Assembly (NCBI GenBank): GCA_017504545.1
Contig: JAFVRA010000072.1
Coordinates: forward strand, 1 to 22,474
Direction: 5' to 3'
Length of the DNA: 22,474 nucleotides
DNA from: Clostridia bacterium
Lineage (GTDB): Bacteria > Bacillota > Clostridia > Oscillospirales > CAG-272
Part shown: positions 14,582 through 22,474 of the stretch, piece after piece
Numbering within the stretch: position 1 is the first letter of the stretch
Layout: every line of letters starts with the position of its first letter
The notes under the pieces: model-generated
What the model saw: only the letters and a program-made list of their open reading frames with translations
What the model was told of the DNA's origin: nothing
Databases searched by the model: none
Made by a program: the position numbers and the translations under genes

Positions 14582-15895
14582 ATGAAGAAAATAACTCTTT
14601 CATTGATAAGCGCGCTTCTTCTTTGCGCTATCGCAATAAGCTTTTTTGGATGTAACTCGATGGAAGCTACAGACTTGATGGAGGGAATAACTCCGAACGA
14701 GACGCCGCAAAAGCCCTCTCCTAAGCCTCCTACGGCATCAGGAGATCCTACCGACAAGCCTCCCGTCTTCGACGAGCCTACTACTTTGAAGGCTGCCGAT
14801 AATGCCGCCGCTACAGATTTTGCGCTTCGTCTCTTTAGGGCGAGCAACGAAAAAGGCAAAAACACACTCATCTCGCCCCTCTCGGTGCTTTGCGCACTCT
14901 CTATGACCGCAAACGGTGCTAAGGGAGAGACGAGAGAGCAGATGGAAGCTACTCTCGGAATGCCTATAGAGGAGCTTAATCTTTATATCTCCAACTATAT
15001 GAATAGCCTCCCTAATACTGAAAAGTACAAGCTTCATCTGGCTAACTCTATCTGGTTTACAGATGACGAGCGCTTTACGGTAAATGAAGACTTCTTGCAG
15101 ATTAATGCCGATTATTACGGCGCAGGTGCGTACAAGGCTCCGTTTGATGACTCCACGCTTGAGGATATCAATAATTGGGTGAAGAAAGAGACCGACGGAA
15201 TGATCCCCAAGGTGCTTGACGAGATACCGCCCGAGGCAGTTATGTATCTTGTTAACGCGCTTGCTTTTGAGGCTGAGTGGGCGGAGATCTACAATGAATA
15301 CGCTGTTAGCGACGGCACTTTTACTAAAGAAGACGGCACGAAGCAGAGCGTTGAATTTATGTACAGCGACGAAAGCACATACCTTGAGGACGATAAGGCT
15401 ATCGGCTTTAAGAAGTACTACAAGGATAGGAAATATGCCTTTGTGGCTCTGCTGCCCAACGAGGGTGTCAGCGTTGACGAGTATATCGCCTCTCTTGACG
15501 GCGAGTCGCTGAACGCGCTTCTCAGTAACGCTAAGAATACCTCTGTATCCGCAAAAATGCCGAAGTTTGAGACGGGATATGACGTAGAAATGTCAAAGGT
15601 GCTTCAATCTATGGGTATGATCGACGCGTTTGACGGAAATAAGGCAGATTTTTCTGGTATTGGTACTTCAAGTGCGGGAAATCTTAGGATAAATCGCGTA
15701 ATACACAAGACCTTTCTATCGGTTGCCGAGAAGGGAACAAAGGCAGGTGCGTCAACTGTAGTTGAGGTTACGGATGAGTCTGCTCCTATGGAAGTAAAGC
15801 GCGTATTCCTCGACAGACCTTTTGTGTATATGCTCGTTGACTGCGAGAACAATCTTCCGTTCTTTATAGGAACGATGATGGACATTGAGAAATAA
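14582..15895 (+). CDS. Serpin (serine protease inhibitor) lipoprotein, paralog 1
   Basis: 437 aa with a signal peptide ending in the lipobox-like FFGC (Cys24) and a Pro/Thr/Lys-rich spacer (aa 38-68). The serpin hinge is EKGTKAGAST and the C-terminal signature is FLDRPFVYMLVD...PFFIGTM. Confidence 0.9.
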   Translation: MKKITLSLISALLLCAIAISFFGCNSMEATDLMEGITPNETPQKPSPKPPTASGDPTDKPPVFDEPTTLKAADNAAATDFALRLFRASNEKGKNTLISPLSVLCALSMTANGAKGETREQMEATLGMPIEELNLYISNYMNSLPNTEKYKLHLANSIWFTDDERFTVNEDFLQINADYYGAGAYKAPFDDSTLEDINNWVKKETDGMIPKVLDEIPPEAVMYLVNALAFEAEWAEIYNEYAVSDGTFTKEDGTKQSVEFMYSDESTYLEDDKAIGFKKYYKDRKYAFVALLPNEGVSVDEYIASLDGESLNALLSNAKNTSVSAKMPKFETGYDVEMSKVLQSMGMIDAFDGNKADFSGIGTSSAGNLRINRVIHKTFLSVAEKGTKAGASTVVEVTDESAPMEVKRVFLDRPFVYMLVDCENNLPFFIGTMMDIEK

Positions 15896-15925
15896 GTCGA
15901 ACGTAAGGCTTTGAGGGAGAAGAAA

Positions 15926-17182
15926 ATGAAAAACAAAAAATTTTATCTTAGCATATCTGCCTTGTTGCTTCTGTGCGCGATGCTGTTTAATATCGTTTCC
16001 TGCACTAAAGTCAAGGCTGCCGATCTTATGGAGGGAGTGACTCCGAGAGAGGTAGAAGTGCGCGAGGAGCTTAGCGAGGATAATGCCGCCGTTACAGATT
16101 TCGCGCTTCGTCTTTTTAAGGCGACTAATGCCGGTGGCAAAAACACGCTTATCTCGCCCCTCTCGGTGCTTTGCGCCCTCGCAATGACGACTAACGGCGC
16201 TAAGGGAGAGACGAGAGAGCAGATGGAAGCAACGCTCGGAATGAGCGCCGAGGAGCTCAATCTCTATCTTTACTCGTATATGAACTCCTTGCCGACGGGT
16301 GAGAAGTATAAGCTTAGTCTTGCAAACTCGATCTGGTTCAGAGATGACGAGAGATTTACGGTAAACGAGGATTTCCTGCAGACCAACGCCGATTATTACG
16401 GCGCGGGTGCATACAAAGCGCCCTTTGATAAATCTACCAAGAAGGACATCAATAATTGGGTAAAGGAAAATACCGACGGAATGATCCCCGAGGTGCTTGA
16501 CGAGATACCGCCTGAGGCAGTTATGTATCTCGTTAACGCGCTTGCATTTGAAGCCGAGTGGTCTGATATATATAAAAAGACTCAGGTGCGCGACGGCACT
16601 TTTACTAAAGAGGACGGCACTAAGCAGAGCGCTGAGTTTATGTATAGCGAAGAGCACCGTTATCTTGAGGACGAAAAGGCTACGGGATTTATGAAGTATT
16701 ACAGAGGAAGCAAATACGCCTTCGTAGCGCTTCTTCCCAACGAGGGTGTAACCGTCAAGGAGTATTTGAATTCGATAGACGGAGAGGCTCTTAGCGCTCT
16801 CTTGTCAGCACCGAAGGGGAATTCAGTACAGGCTGCAATACCGAAGTTTGAGACCGAGTACAGCACCGAGATGTCTGAAATACTCAAGTCTATGGGAATG
16901 CCGCTCGCTTTTGATGAGGACAATGCAGATTTCTCGGGTCTTGGCAGATCAAGCGCGGGAAATATATACATCAGCCGCGTGATACACAAGACCTTTATCT
17001 CGGTAGCCGAGAAGGGAACGAAGGCAGGCGCGGTGACTGCTATTGAAATGGATGGTAAAGGCGCGAGCGACCCCGACGAGACCAAGAGAGTATATCTCGA
17101 CAGACCATTCGTTTATATGCTCGTTGACTGCGAGAACAACATTCCGTTCTTTATAGGAACGATGATGGATATTGAAAAGTAA
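15926..17182 (+). CDS. Serpin (serine protease inhibitor) lipoprotein, paralog 2
   Basis: 418 aa from the ATG at 15926, with a GAGGGAGA RBS at 15913-15920. The ORF-track TTG at 15911 overlaps that RBS. The lipobox is IVSC, the hinge is EKGTKAGAVT and the C-terminus is YLDRPFVYMLVD...PFFIGTM. It is roughly three-quarters identical to paralog 1 by eye. Confidence 0.9.
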   Translation: MKNKKFYLSISALLLLCAMLFNIVSCTKVKAADLMEGVTPREVEVREELSEDNAAVTDFALRLFKATNAGGKNTLISPLSVLCALAMTTNGAKGETREQMEATLGMSAEELNLYLYSYMNSLPTGEKYKLSLANSIWFRDDERFTVNEDFLQTNADYYGAGAYKAPFDKSTKKDINNWVKENTDGMIPEVLDEIPPEAVMYLVNALAFEAEWSDIYKKTQVRDGTFTKEDGTKQSAEFMYSEEHRYLEDEKATGFMKYYRGSKYAFVALLPNEGVTVKEYLNSIDGEALSALLSAPKGNSVQAAIPKFETEYSTEMSEILKSMGMPLAFDEDNADFSGLGRSSAGNIYISRVIHKTFISVAEKGTKAGAVTAIEMDGKGASDPDETKRVYLDRPFVYMLVDCENNIPFFIGTMMDIEK

Positions 17183-17196
17183 ACTTAATGGAAAAG

Positions 17197-17226
17197 AAAA
17201 AACGGCTGAGAGATCAGCCGTTTTTT
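17197..17226. terminator. Bidirectional intrinsic terminator between the convergent serpin and minus-strand operons
   Basis: AAAAAACGGCTGA (17197-17209) pairs with TCAGCCGTTTTTT (17214-17226) around a GAGA loop. There is an A-run on one side and a T-run on the other. Confidence 0.8.
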
Positions 17227-17237
17227 CTATGCGTAAC

Positions 17238-17528
17238 TTATTTGCTTATGGGGGTGAGGACTTCGTTGTCCACGGTAATAGTGGGGGCGTCCTTTTCAAA
17301 GCGAAGGAGCGCCGCCGAGTCACCGAGGCGGAAGACCTGCTCGGTGCCCTTTAGAGAGAAGGGCTTCTCGCTTATGTCAAACTCGGTTCCGTCTATAGTT
17401 ACTATCGCCTTGCCGCTAAGATACGAGCAGGTAAGCGAGATAGTGTGAGTGAGCGTGTTGCCCGTCTCCTTGCCCGTTTCCATATCGGTCTCGGGCTCGC
17501 TGTATTCCCAGGTGTATTTTTTAGCCAT
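17238..17528 (-). CDS. Hypothetical small protein (96 aa)
   Basis: A GAGGAGAA RBS immediately precedes the ATG and overlaps the PHP gene stop (gap 10 nt). I recognise no motif, and the composition looks beta-rich. Confidence 0.55.
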   Translation of the reverse strand: MAKKYTWEYSEPETDMETGKETGNTLTHTISLTCSYLSGKAIVTIDGTEFDISEKPFSLKGTEQVFRLGDSAALLRFEKDAPTITVDNEVLTPISK

Positions 17529-17538
17529 ACTGTTCTCC

Positions 17539-18234
17539 TCAATAAAGATAAGGTATTACGATATGTCCCGAGCAGTCAAAAACCACGTCGCGCGATTTGA
17601 TAGCCGAGGCAATATCGTAGGAGTCCTTCATTTTCTCCTTGGTTCTCATAAGCGCGAGAGCCTGATGACCTGCGTGATGGAAGTCGGTACCTGCAGTTAC
17701 GAGCTTTCCGCAGAGCTTTGCGTATCTCGCACCGATTCCAACTCGCGAGTTGTGTCCGGGGTGAAGATTGAAGCTCTCGATGCCGTCTATAGAATCCTCG
17801 GGCGCAAGAACGATGTTCTTCCTGAACGGATGCGCCTGAATGATGACGTTGCGCTCGTTCTTGACCTCTTTGTAGAAGTTCTCAATCCCGTAAGGGATAA
17901 GCTCGATAAAGTGAGGAATATCCTCGGGGGATACGCCGTAAACGAGATAGTCGTTAGAGTTTTCGGTAAAGCGCATCTCAACGCCGAGAATCACGTTGAG
18001 CTTTCCCTCTGCCGCTTCGAGCGCCTTGTAGTAGTCGCTAAGATAGTGCTCAACTCCCTCGTCGCAGTTGTGGGGCGAGAGGTGATTGGTAAGCACGAGC
18101 GAGTCAACGCCTGCCTCGGCGTACACCTTAACTACCTCCTCGGCAGAGAAGTCTCCGCAGGAGCTTACGGGGAAGGAGTGCGCGTGAAGCTCGGTCTTAT
18201 AAGGATAATCGGTTAAGATCTTAGAAAAATCCAT
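17539..18234 (-). CDS. PHP-domain metal-dependent phosphoesterase
   Basis: It has the N-terminal ELHAHSFPVSSCG block (PHP motif I) with later histidines (IIQAHPF, GTDFHHAGH). I start it at the ATG at 18232-18234 (MDFSKIL...), which has GAGG 5 nt upstream. The ORF-track TTG at 18258 would overlap the malic-enzyme gene by 14 nt. Confidence 0.8.
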   Translation of the reverse strand: MDFSKILTDYPYKTELHAHSFPVSSCGDFSAEEVVKVYAEAGVDSLVLTNHLSPHNCDEGVEHYLSDYYKALEAAEGKLNVILGVEMRFTENSNDYLVYGVSPEDIPHFIELIPYGIENFYKEVKNERNVIIQAHPFRKNIVLAPEDSIDGIESFNLHPGHNSRVGIGARYAKLCGKLVTAGTDFHHAGHQALALMRTKEKMKDSYDIASAIKSRDVVFDCSGHIVIPYLY

Positions 18235-18244
18235 CTTTGCCTCG

Positions 18245-19417
18245 TTATATTCTTGCAACTCCCGTGCGCTTTGCCGCTTCCTTTACAGCCTCTGCAACAA
18301 CGCTTGCAACTCTCTTGTCAAGCGCGGGAGCGATGATGTTCTCTTCGTTAAGCTCCTCGTCAGAGATGAGAGAAGCGAGTGCGAGAGAGGTTGCGACCTT
18401 CATTTCCTCGTTGATGCAGGTAGCTCTGCAATCAAGCGCGCCGCGGAAGATTCCGGGGAATGCGAGAACGTTGTTGATCTGGTTGGGGAAGTCAGAGCGT
18501 CCCGTTCCGACGATGCGCGCGCCTGCCTTCTTAGCGAGGTCGGGCATGATCTCGGGGGTGGGGTTAGCCATCGGGAAAACGATAGCGTCGGTAGCCATTG
18601 AAGCAACCATTTCCTCGCTTACGACACCGGGTGCGGAAACGCCGATAAACACGTCAGCGCCGCGCATAGCGTCGGCAAGAGTGCCGTGCATGAGCGAGTG
18701 GTTTGTGAGCATAGCGATGTCCTTGTGAGCGGAATTAAGGCTCTCGTCGTCGCGGCTGATGATGCCGAAGCGGTCAACCATAACGAGATCAGTAACACCC
18801 ATATTGAGCAGATGCTTACCGATAGCGCAGCCTGCAGAGCCCGCGCCGTTGATAACTACTCTTACCTTGCCGATGTCCTTCTTTACTATCTTGAGCGCGT
18901 TGAGCATAGCCGCCGCAACTACGATAGCAGTACCGTGCTGGTCGTCGTGGAACACGGGAATGTCGCAGATCTCCTTAAGCTTCTTTTCTATTTCAAAGCA
19001 TCTGGGAGCGGCAATGTCCTCAAGATTGATACCGCCAAAGCTGCCCGAGATGAGATAGACGGTGCGAACTATCTCGTCAACGTCCTTGGAGCGAACGCAG
19101 ATGGGGAATGCGTCAACGTCAGCAAATGACTTAAAGAGCGCGCACTTGCCCTCCATAACCGGCATACCTGCCTCAGGGCCTATATCTCCAAGACCGAGCA
19201 CAGCAGTACCGTCGGTAACTACTGCAACGAGGTTGTTTCTTCTTGTAAGCTCGTAGGACTTGTTTACGTCCTTCTGTATTTCAAGGCAGGGCTCTGCAAC
19301 ACCGGGGGTGTATGCAAGAGAGAGGTCCTGTCTGCTTTCAATAGGGCAGCGTGCGATGACCTCGATCTTTCCGTTCCATTCGTAATGCTTCTTAAGTGAT
19401 TCTTGTCTGATGTCCAT
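18245..19417 (-). CDS. NAD(P)-dependent malic enzyme (short, about 390-aa form)
   Basis: It has the LAYTPGVA and [22 protein letters not shown] blocks, the dinucleotide fold VINGAGSAG, and [13 protein letters not shown]. An AAGGAGAA RBS is present. Confidence 0.9.
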   Translation of the reverse strand: MDIRQESLKKHYEWNGKIEVIARCPIESRQDLSLAYTPGVAEPCLEIQKDVNKSYELTRRNNLVAVVTDGTAVLGLGDIGPEAGMPVMEGKCALFKSFADVDAFPICVRSKDVDEIVRTVYLISGSFGGINLEDIAAPRCFEIEKKLKEICDIPVFHDDQHGTAIVVAAAMLNALKIVKKDIGKVRVVINGAGSAGCAIGKHLLNMGVTDLVMVDRFGIISRDDESLNSAHKDIAMLTNHSLMHGTLADAMRGADVFIGVSAPGVVSEEMVASMATDAIVFPMANPTPEIMPDLAKKAGARIVGTGRSDFPNQINNVLAFPGIFRGALDCRATCINEEMKVATSLALASLISDEELNEENIIAPALDKRVASVVAEAVKEAAKRTGVARI

Positions 19418-19447
19418 TTTTGTTCTCCTTATATATTACAAATAAAT

Positions 19448-20824
19448 TTAAACCATTTTTTCGGGGCGGACGATAGCGTCAAACTCCTCGGGAGTGAGAA
19501 GTCCGAGCTTTTCTGCCGCTTCCTTGAGCGTGATGCCCTCGGAATATGCGAGCTTTGCTATCTTAGCGGCGTTCTCGTAGCCGATGTGGGTGTTGAGCGC
19601 GGTCACGAGCATAAGCGAGCTTGAAAGATAGCTTTGCATTCTGTCCGTATTTGCCTTTATTCCTGCAACGCAGTTGGCTCTGAAGGAGCGCATTGCATCC
19701 GCGAGCAGACGGCAGGATTGCAGGAAATTGTAAGCGCAGACCGGCATATAAACGTTAAGCTCGAAGTTGCCCTGAGATGCGGCAAGACCGACGGCAACGT
19801 CGTTTGCCATTACCTGAAGACAAACCATAGTCATCGCCTCGCATTGCGTGGGATTGACCTTGCCGGGCATTATAGACGAGCCGGGCTCGTTTTCGGGAAT
19901 AGTTATCTCTCCAAGACCGCAGCGAGGGCCCGAGGCGAGCCATCTGACGTCGTTGGCTATCTTCATAAGGTCAGCGGCGAGCGCCTTGAGCGCGCCGTGT
20001 ACGAACACGAGCTCGTCCTTTGAGGAGAGCGCGTGATATTTGTTTTCTGCGCTGAGGAAGGGAATATGCGTAAGCGCGGATACCTTCGTCGCCACGAGCG
20101 TATCAAAACCGCGAGGGGCGTTGAGTCCGCTGCCTACTGCCGTACCGCCAAGCGCGATAGAGCTTAAGGTTTCCTTAGCGTAATTGAGCATTTGCAGATC
20201 TTTTTCAAGCGAGGAGCGCCAACCCGATATTTCAGCCGAGAAGCGAATGGGCGTTGCATCCTGAAGATGAGTTCTGCCGCATTTGATCACTCCCTCGTTC
20301 TCTTCTTCAAGGCGACGAAGCTCGCCGATAAGCTCGGAGAGCGCGGGGATCAGAGCGTTTTCTATAGAAACAAGTGCTGAGACGTGCATTGCGGAGGGGA
20401 AGACGTCGTTTGAGGACTGCGACATATTTACGTCGTCGTTGGGGTGAAGAAGCTTCTTGCCCGCCTCTCTGTTGGCGTAATTCGCTATCACCTCGTTGAC
20501 GTTCATATTTGTCTGAGTTCCCGAGCCCGTCTGCCATACTACGAGCGGAAAGTGATCGTCAAGCTCGCCCGAGATTATTTTCTCGCAGGCAGATCGGATT
20601 GCAGAGAGCTTTTCGGCAGTCATTCTTTCGGGGCAAAGCTCGGCGTTAGCCTCGGCAGAGGCGAGCTTGAGCAGGGCAAGCGAGCGGATGATTTCGATCG
20701 GCATCAGCTCAAGTCCTGCGCCGATGCGGAAGTTATCAAAGCTGCGCTGAGTCTGAGCGCCCCAAAGGCGATCCTCGCGCACCTCAACGTCTCCCATAGA
20801 GTCGTGTTCAATTCTGTATTTCAT
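19448..20824 (-). CDS. fumC: Class II fumarate hydratase
   Basis: 458 aa with the fumarate lyase signature [16 protein letters not shown] and the N-terminal DSMGDVEV...LWGAQTQRS block. An AGAGGTG RBS is present. Confidence 0.93.
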   Translation of the reverse strand: MKYRIEHDSMGDVEVREDRLWGAQTQRSFDNFRIGAGLELMPIEIIRSLALLKLASAEANAELCPERMTAEKLSAIRSACEKIISGELDDHFPLVVWQTGSGTQTNMNVNEVIANYANREAGKKLLHPNDDVNMSQSSNDVFPSAMHVSALVSIENALIPALSELIGELRRLEEENEGVIKCGRTHLQDATPIRFSAEISGWRSSLEKDLQMLNYAKETLSSIALGGTAVGSGLNAPRGFDTLVATKVSALTHIPFLSAENKYHALSSKDELVFVHGALKALAADLMKIANDVRWLASGPRCGLGEITIPENEPGSSIMPGKVNPTQCEAMTMVCLQVMANDVAVGLAASQGNFELNVYMPVCAYNFLQSCRLLADAMRSFRANCVAGIKANTDRMQSYLSSSLMLVTALNTHIGYENAAKIAKLAYSEGITLKEAAEKLGLLTPEEFDAIVRPEKMV

Positions 20825-21485
20825 AAATATCGCACCTCTTTTTTATCAAAAAATCCTCGCTTAGCGTAGGCGTAATGTCACCTTTTTTGCGGCAGACCGA
20901 AATATACGCGCGCGCGTCGCCAACGTTTAACGAAAAGAGAGAAAAGCCATAGCTCTCATCAAGCTTGTCCGCGCGGCAGATAGCCGCAAGTCCCTCGCCC
21001 GTTATCTTCGCGAGTGCCTCTTTTTTCGTCCAGAGGGCGAAGAAATCATCAAGGGGAGAGTTGCTCTCGGATAAAACTTTATGCTCGTCAGGGGCAAAAA
21101 AACGCCGCGAGAGCGAGAGAATATCCCGACGCTCGTCAATAAATTCAATATCTATGCCAACGGGTGTGTCCGATAGTGCCACCGCGACTATGTCTTTAGC
21201 ATGTGAGATGCTGAAGAATAGCTCTTGCGAGGAAAAATACGGCTTTCCCCCAGAAGTGCGGCAGATAGAAAGATCGTTCTGCGCTTCTTCCGACACAGTC
21301 AAAAGCTCGTGAAGGCAGAGAAGAGCAGAGAGCGAGCTGTTTTTGTATTCTTGATTTTTTATTTCAGAAAGGCGGAGCTTCTCGCCCTCACCAAAGGGAA
21401 GAGAAGATATGAGCGCGTCCGCGTCATCAAAAAAACAGGGTGATGGCGCGAGAATTATTTTGCAAAAATTCTTTTTTTGAGCCAT
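20808..21485 (-). CDS. Sfp-type 4-prime-phosphopantetheinyl transferase
   Basis: It has the [19 protein letters not shown] and [14 protein letters not shown] motifs. The start is set at the ATG at 21483-21485 (MAQKKNF...), which has a GAGGTGAG RBS. The 3-prime end overlaps the fumC start by 17 nt. Confidence 0.85.
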   Translation of the reverse strand: MAQKKNFCKIILAPSPCFFDDADALISSLPFGEGEKLRLSEIKNQEYKNSSLSALLCLHELLTVSEEAQNDLSICRTSGGKPYFSSQELFFSISHAKDIVAVALSDTPVGIDIEFIDERRDILSLSRRFFAPDEHKVLSESNSPLDDFFALWTKKEALAKITGEGLAAICRADKLDESYGFSLFSLNVGDARAYISVCRKKGDITPTLSEDFLIKKRCDIYEIQN

Positions 21486-21514
21486 TTTCTCACCTCGCCT
21501 TTCTTTCCGCATAT

Positions 21515-21543
21515 ATTATACTACATTTCTTTAAAAAATTCAA
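21515..21543 (-). promoter_or_regulatory. Sigma-A-type promoter for the PPTase-fumC-malic enzyme-PHP operon
   Basis: On the minus strand this reads TTGAAT (21538-21543), a 17-nt spacer, then TATAAT (21515-21520). It lies about 30 nt upstream of the PPTase ATG. Confidence 0.5.
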
Positions 21544-21589
21544 TACGTTTGAGGCAAAAGAGAGCAGAGAAAGGGGAATTTTTATAAGT

Positions 21590-22474
21590 TTAATTCTGCT
21601 TGGAATTCAATATTTCAGCCGCCTGTTTTTTTGCGATCGGCAGGTATTTTTTATAATATTCGCCGTCGGTCTCCTGATATTTATTCCCGACGAACACCCA
21701 TTCGCAGTATTCATAGAATAAAAAGTATTCTAAGGTATGCAACCACTCTTGATAAAGAACGCCTTTTTCCTTTAGCAAATTCTCATAATAGTAATCTATC
21801 GCAAAAGCTTTATCAGCATCTGTCATATAAAAGAGAGCGTTCTCATCCTCTTGTGTATGCGCTATAAGTCGCGCAAAGGGCGTTGGGTAGGGCAGCATTC
21901 CGCACGTCTCCCAATCGATTAAGTAAGCGTTTTGCTCGGCAACAATAATATTGAAAGGGAGCAGATCGTCGTGGCAAAGCGCTTTAGGTGTAGATCGATA
22001 TAGCTCCAAAAATTTCTCGTAGGCTTCTTCAAGTAAGGGGTCTCCAAGATATTTTCCGCGATTTTTGCGATTGGCGAGGCTTTTCTCAAAGGAATTCTCG
22101 AGTCCGTCGATCTCCTGCATCCCCCACGTTTCTTTCTGCATAGCTATCAAAGAATCCAACGCAAGCGTCAGCTTCTTGCGGTCGCTATGGCAGAGATCCT
22201 CACCATCAACGTATTCCATAAGAAGATAGGTCTTTTCATTTGCCGTTACAGTCTGATATATCTTAGGAACACTATTCTTGCATACACCCGAAATAGCCGC
22301 ATAAATATACCTTTCGTCGCCCTTGGCTTCTTTAAGGATATATATTTCGTCACGCGTATCTATTCTCCAAACTTGATACAGCTCGTTATCTTCCTCGTGC
22401 TTTAACTGTGTTATCGTTGCATCAAGGGGTATAGAGACGGCATTGATCTGTTCTAATATTTTCTGTAATTCCAT
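21590..22474 (-). CDS. Phosphotransferase (APH / choline-kinase fold) family protein
   Basis: The catalytic loop is CHDDLLPFNII (HxDxxxxN) and the metal-binding block is YLIDWETCG. The 294 aa start with an ATG exactly at the window edge, so the true start may lie outside the window. Confidence 0.75.
   Translation of the reverse strand: MELQKILEQINAVSIPLDATITQLKHEEDNELYQVWRIDTRDEIYILKEAKGDERYIYAAISGVCKNSVPKIYQTVTANEKTYLLMEYVDGEDLCHSDRKKLTLALDSLIAMQKETWGMQEIDGLENSFEKSLANRKNRGKYLGDPLLEEAYEKFLELYRSTPKALCHDDLLPFNIIVAEQNAYLIDWETCGMLPYPTPFARLIAHTQEDENALFYMTDADKAFAIDYYYENLLKEKGVLYQEWLHTLEYFLFYEYCEWVFVGNKYQETDGEYYKKYLPIAKKQAAEILNSKQN

Noticed and set aside
15911-15925. Alternative upstream starts: TTG 15911 for serpin 2, TTG 18258 for the PHP protein, ATG 8660 for glpK and the start at 21512 for the PPTase.
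   Set aside because: In each case a downstream ATG has a well-spaced Shine-Dalgarno sequence. The upstream candidate overlaps that SD or lies only 2-3 nt from it.
15752-16657. 301-aa minus-strand ORF across the two serpin genes, plus antisense ORFs at 14563-14871, 14738-15037, 15604-15936, 15943-16260 and 16699-17085.
   Set aside because: They are antisense shadows of the strongly supported serpin ORFs. Their pairwise similarity simply mirrors the serpin duplication.
17449-18216. 255-aa plus-strand ORF opposite the PHP gene, plus ORFs at 18237-18728 and 18686-19129 opposite the malic enzyme.
   Set aside because: They have no RBS and no recognisable motif, and they overlap motif-supported genes on the other strand.
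1-22474. Reading the window as a mobile or defence island.
   Set aside because: There is no integrase, transposase, recombinase, tRNA attachment site, phage gene, restriction-modification, toxin-antitoxin, CRISPR-Cas, retron or DGR hallmark. Most genes are core metabolism with uniform composition. Only the 5066-5784 island and the left edge look compositionally or structurally atypical.

Overview
This is a 22.5-kb chromosomal segment with compact Gram-positive, Clostridia-like organisation. It shows AGGAGG-type RBSs, ATGA start/stop overlaps, TTGACA/TATAAT-type promoters and hairpin plus T-run terminators. All family calls come from motifs read by eye; no searches were run.

I support 21 protein genes in six blocks:
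1. Minus strand: cdd, a Cys-rich hypothetical, and an M48 metallopeptidase.
2. Plus strand: a membrane-anchored EEP nuclease/phosphatase, tdk and udk.
3. A ~720-bp palindrome-rich island carrying an orphan zinc-ribbon mini-gene.
4. Minus strand: glpK, an alpha/beta hydrolase and a GNAT.
5. Plus strand: two tandem MacB-type fused ABC proteins (NBD plus FtsX-like permease), a ProX/YbaK-like editing domain, and two tandem lipoprotein serpins.
6. Minus strand: an APH-family kinase, then PPTase, fumC, malic enzyme, a PHP phosphoesterase and a 96-aa ORF.

I saw no rRNA, tRNA, CRISPR array, integrase, transposase, reverse transcriptase or recognisable phage or defence hallmark. Most of the window is ordinary housekeeping.

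The best candidate for something undescribed is block 5. The same ~50-nt upstream module (core 29/31 identical) precedes both the ABC operon and the serpin pair, which suggests a co-regulated envelope module. The two serpins share a conserved scaffold but have unalignable reactive-centre loops.

The second point of interest is the block 3 island. REPIN-like GTAG-headed hairpin doublets and a split terminator-like inverted repeat bracket the mini-gene. The functional interpretations are inference and need the stated checks.
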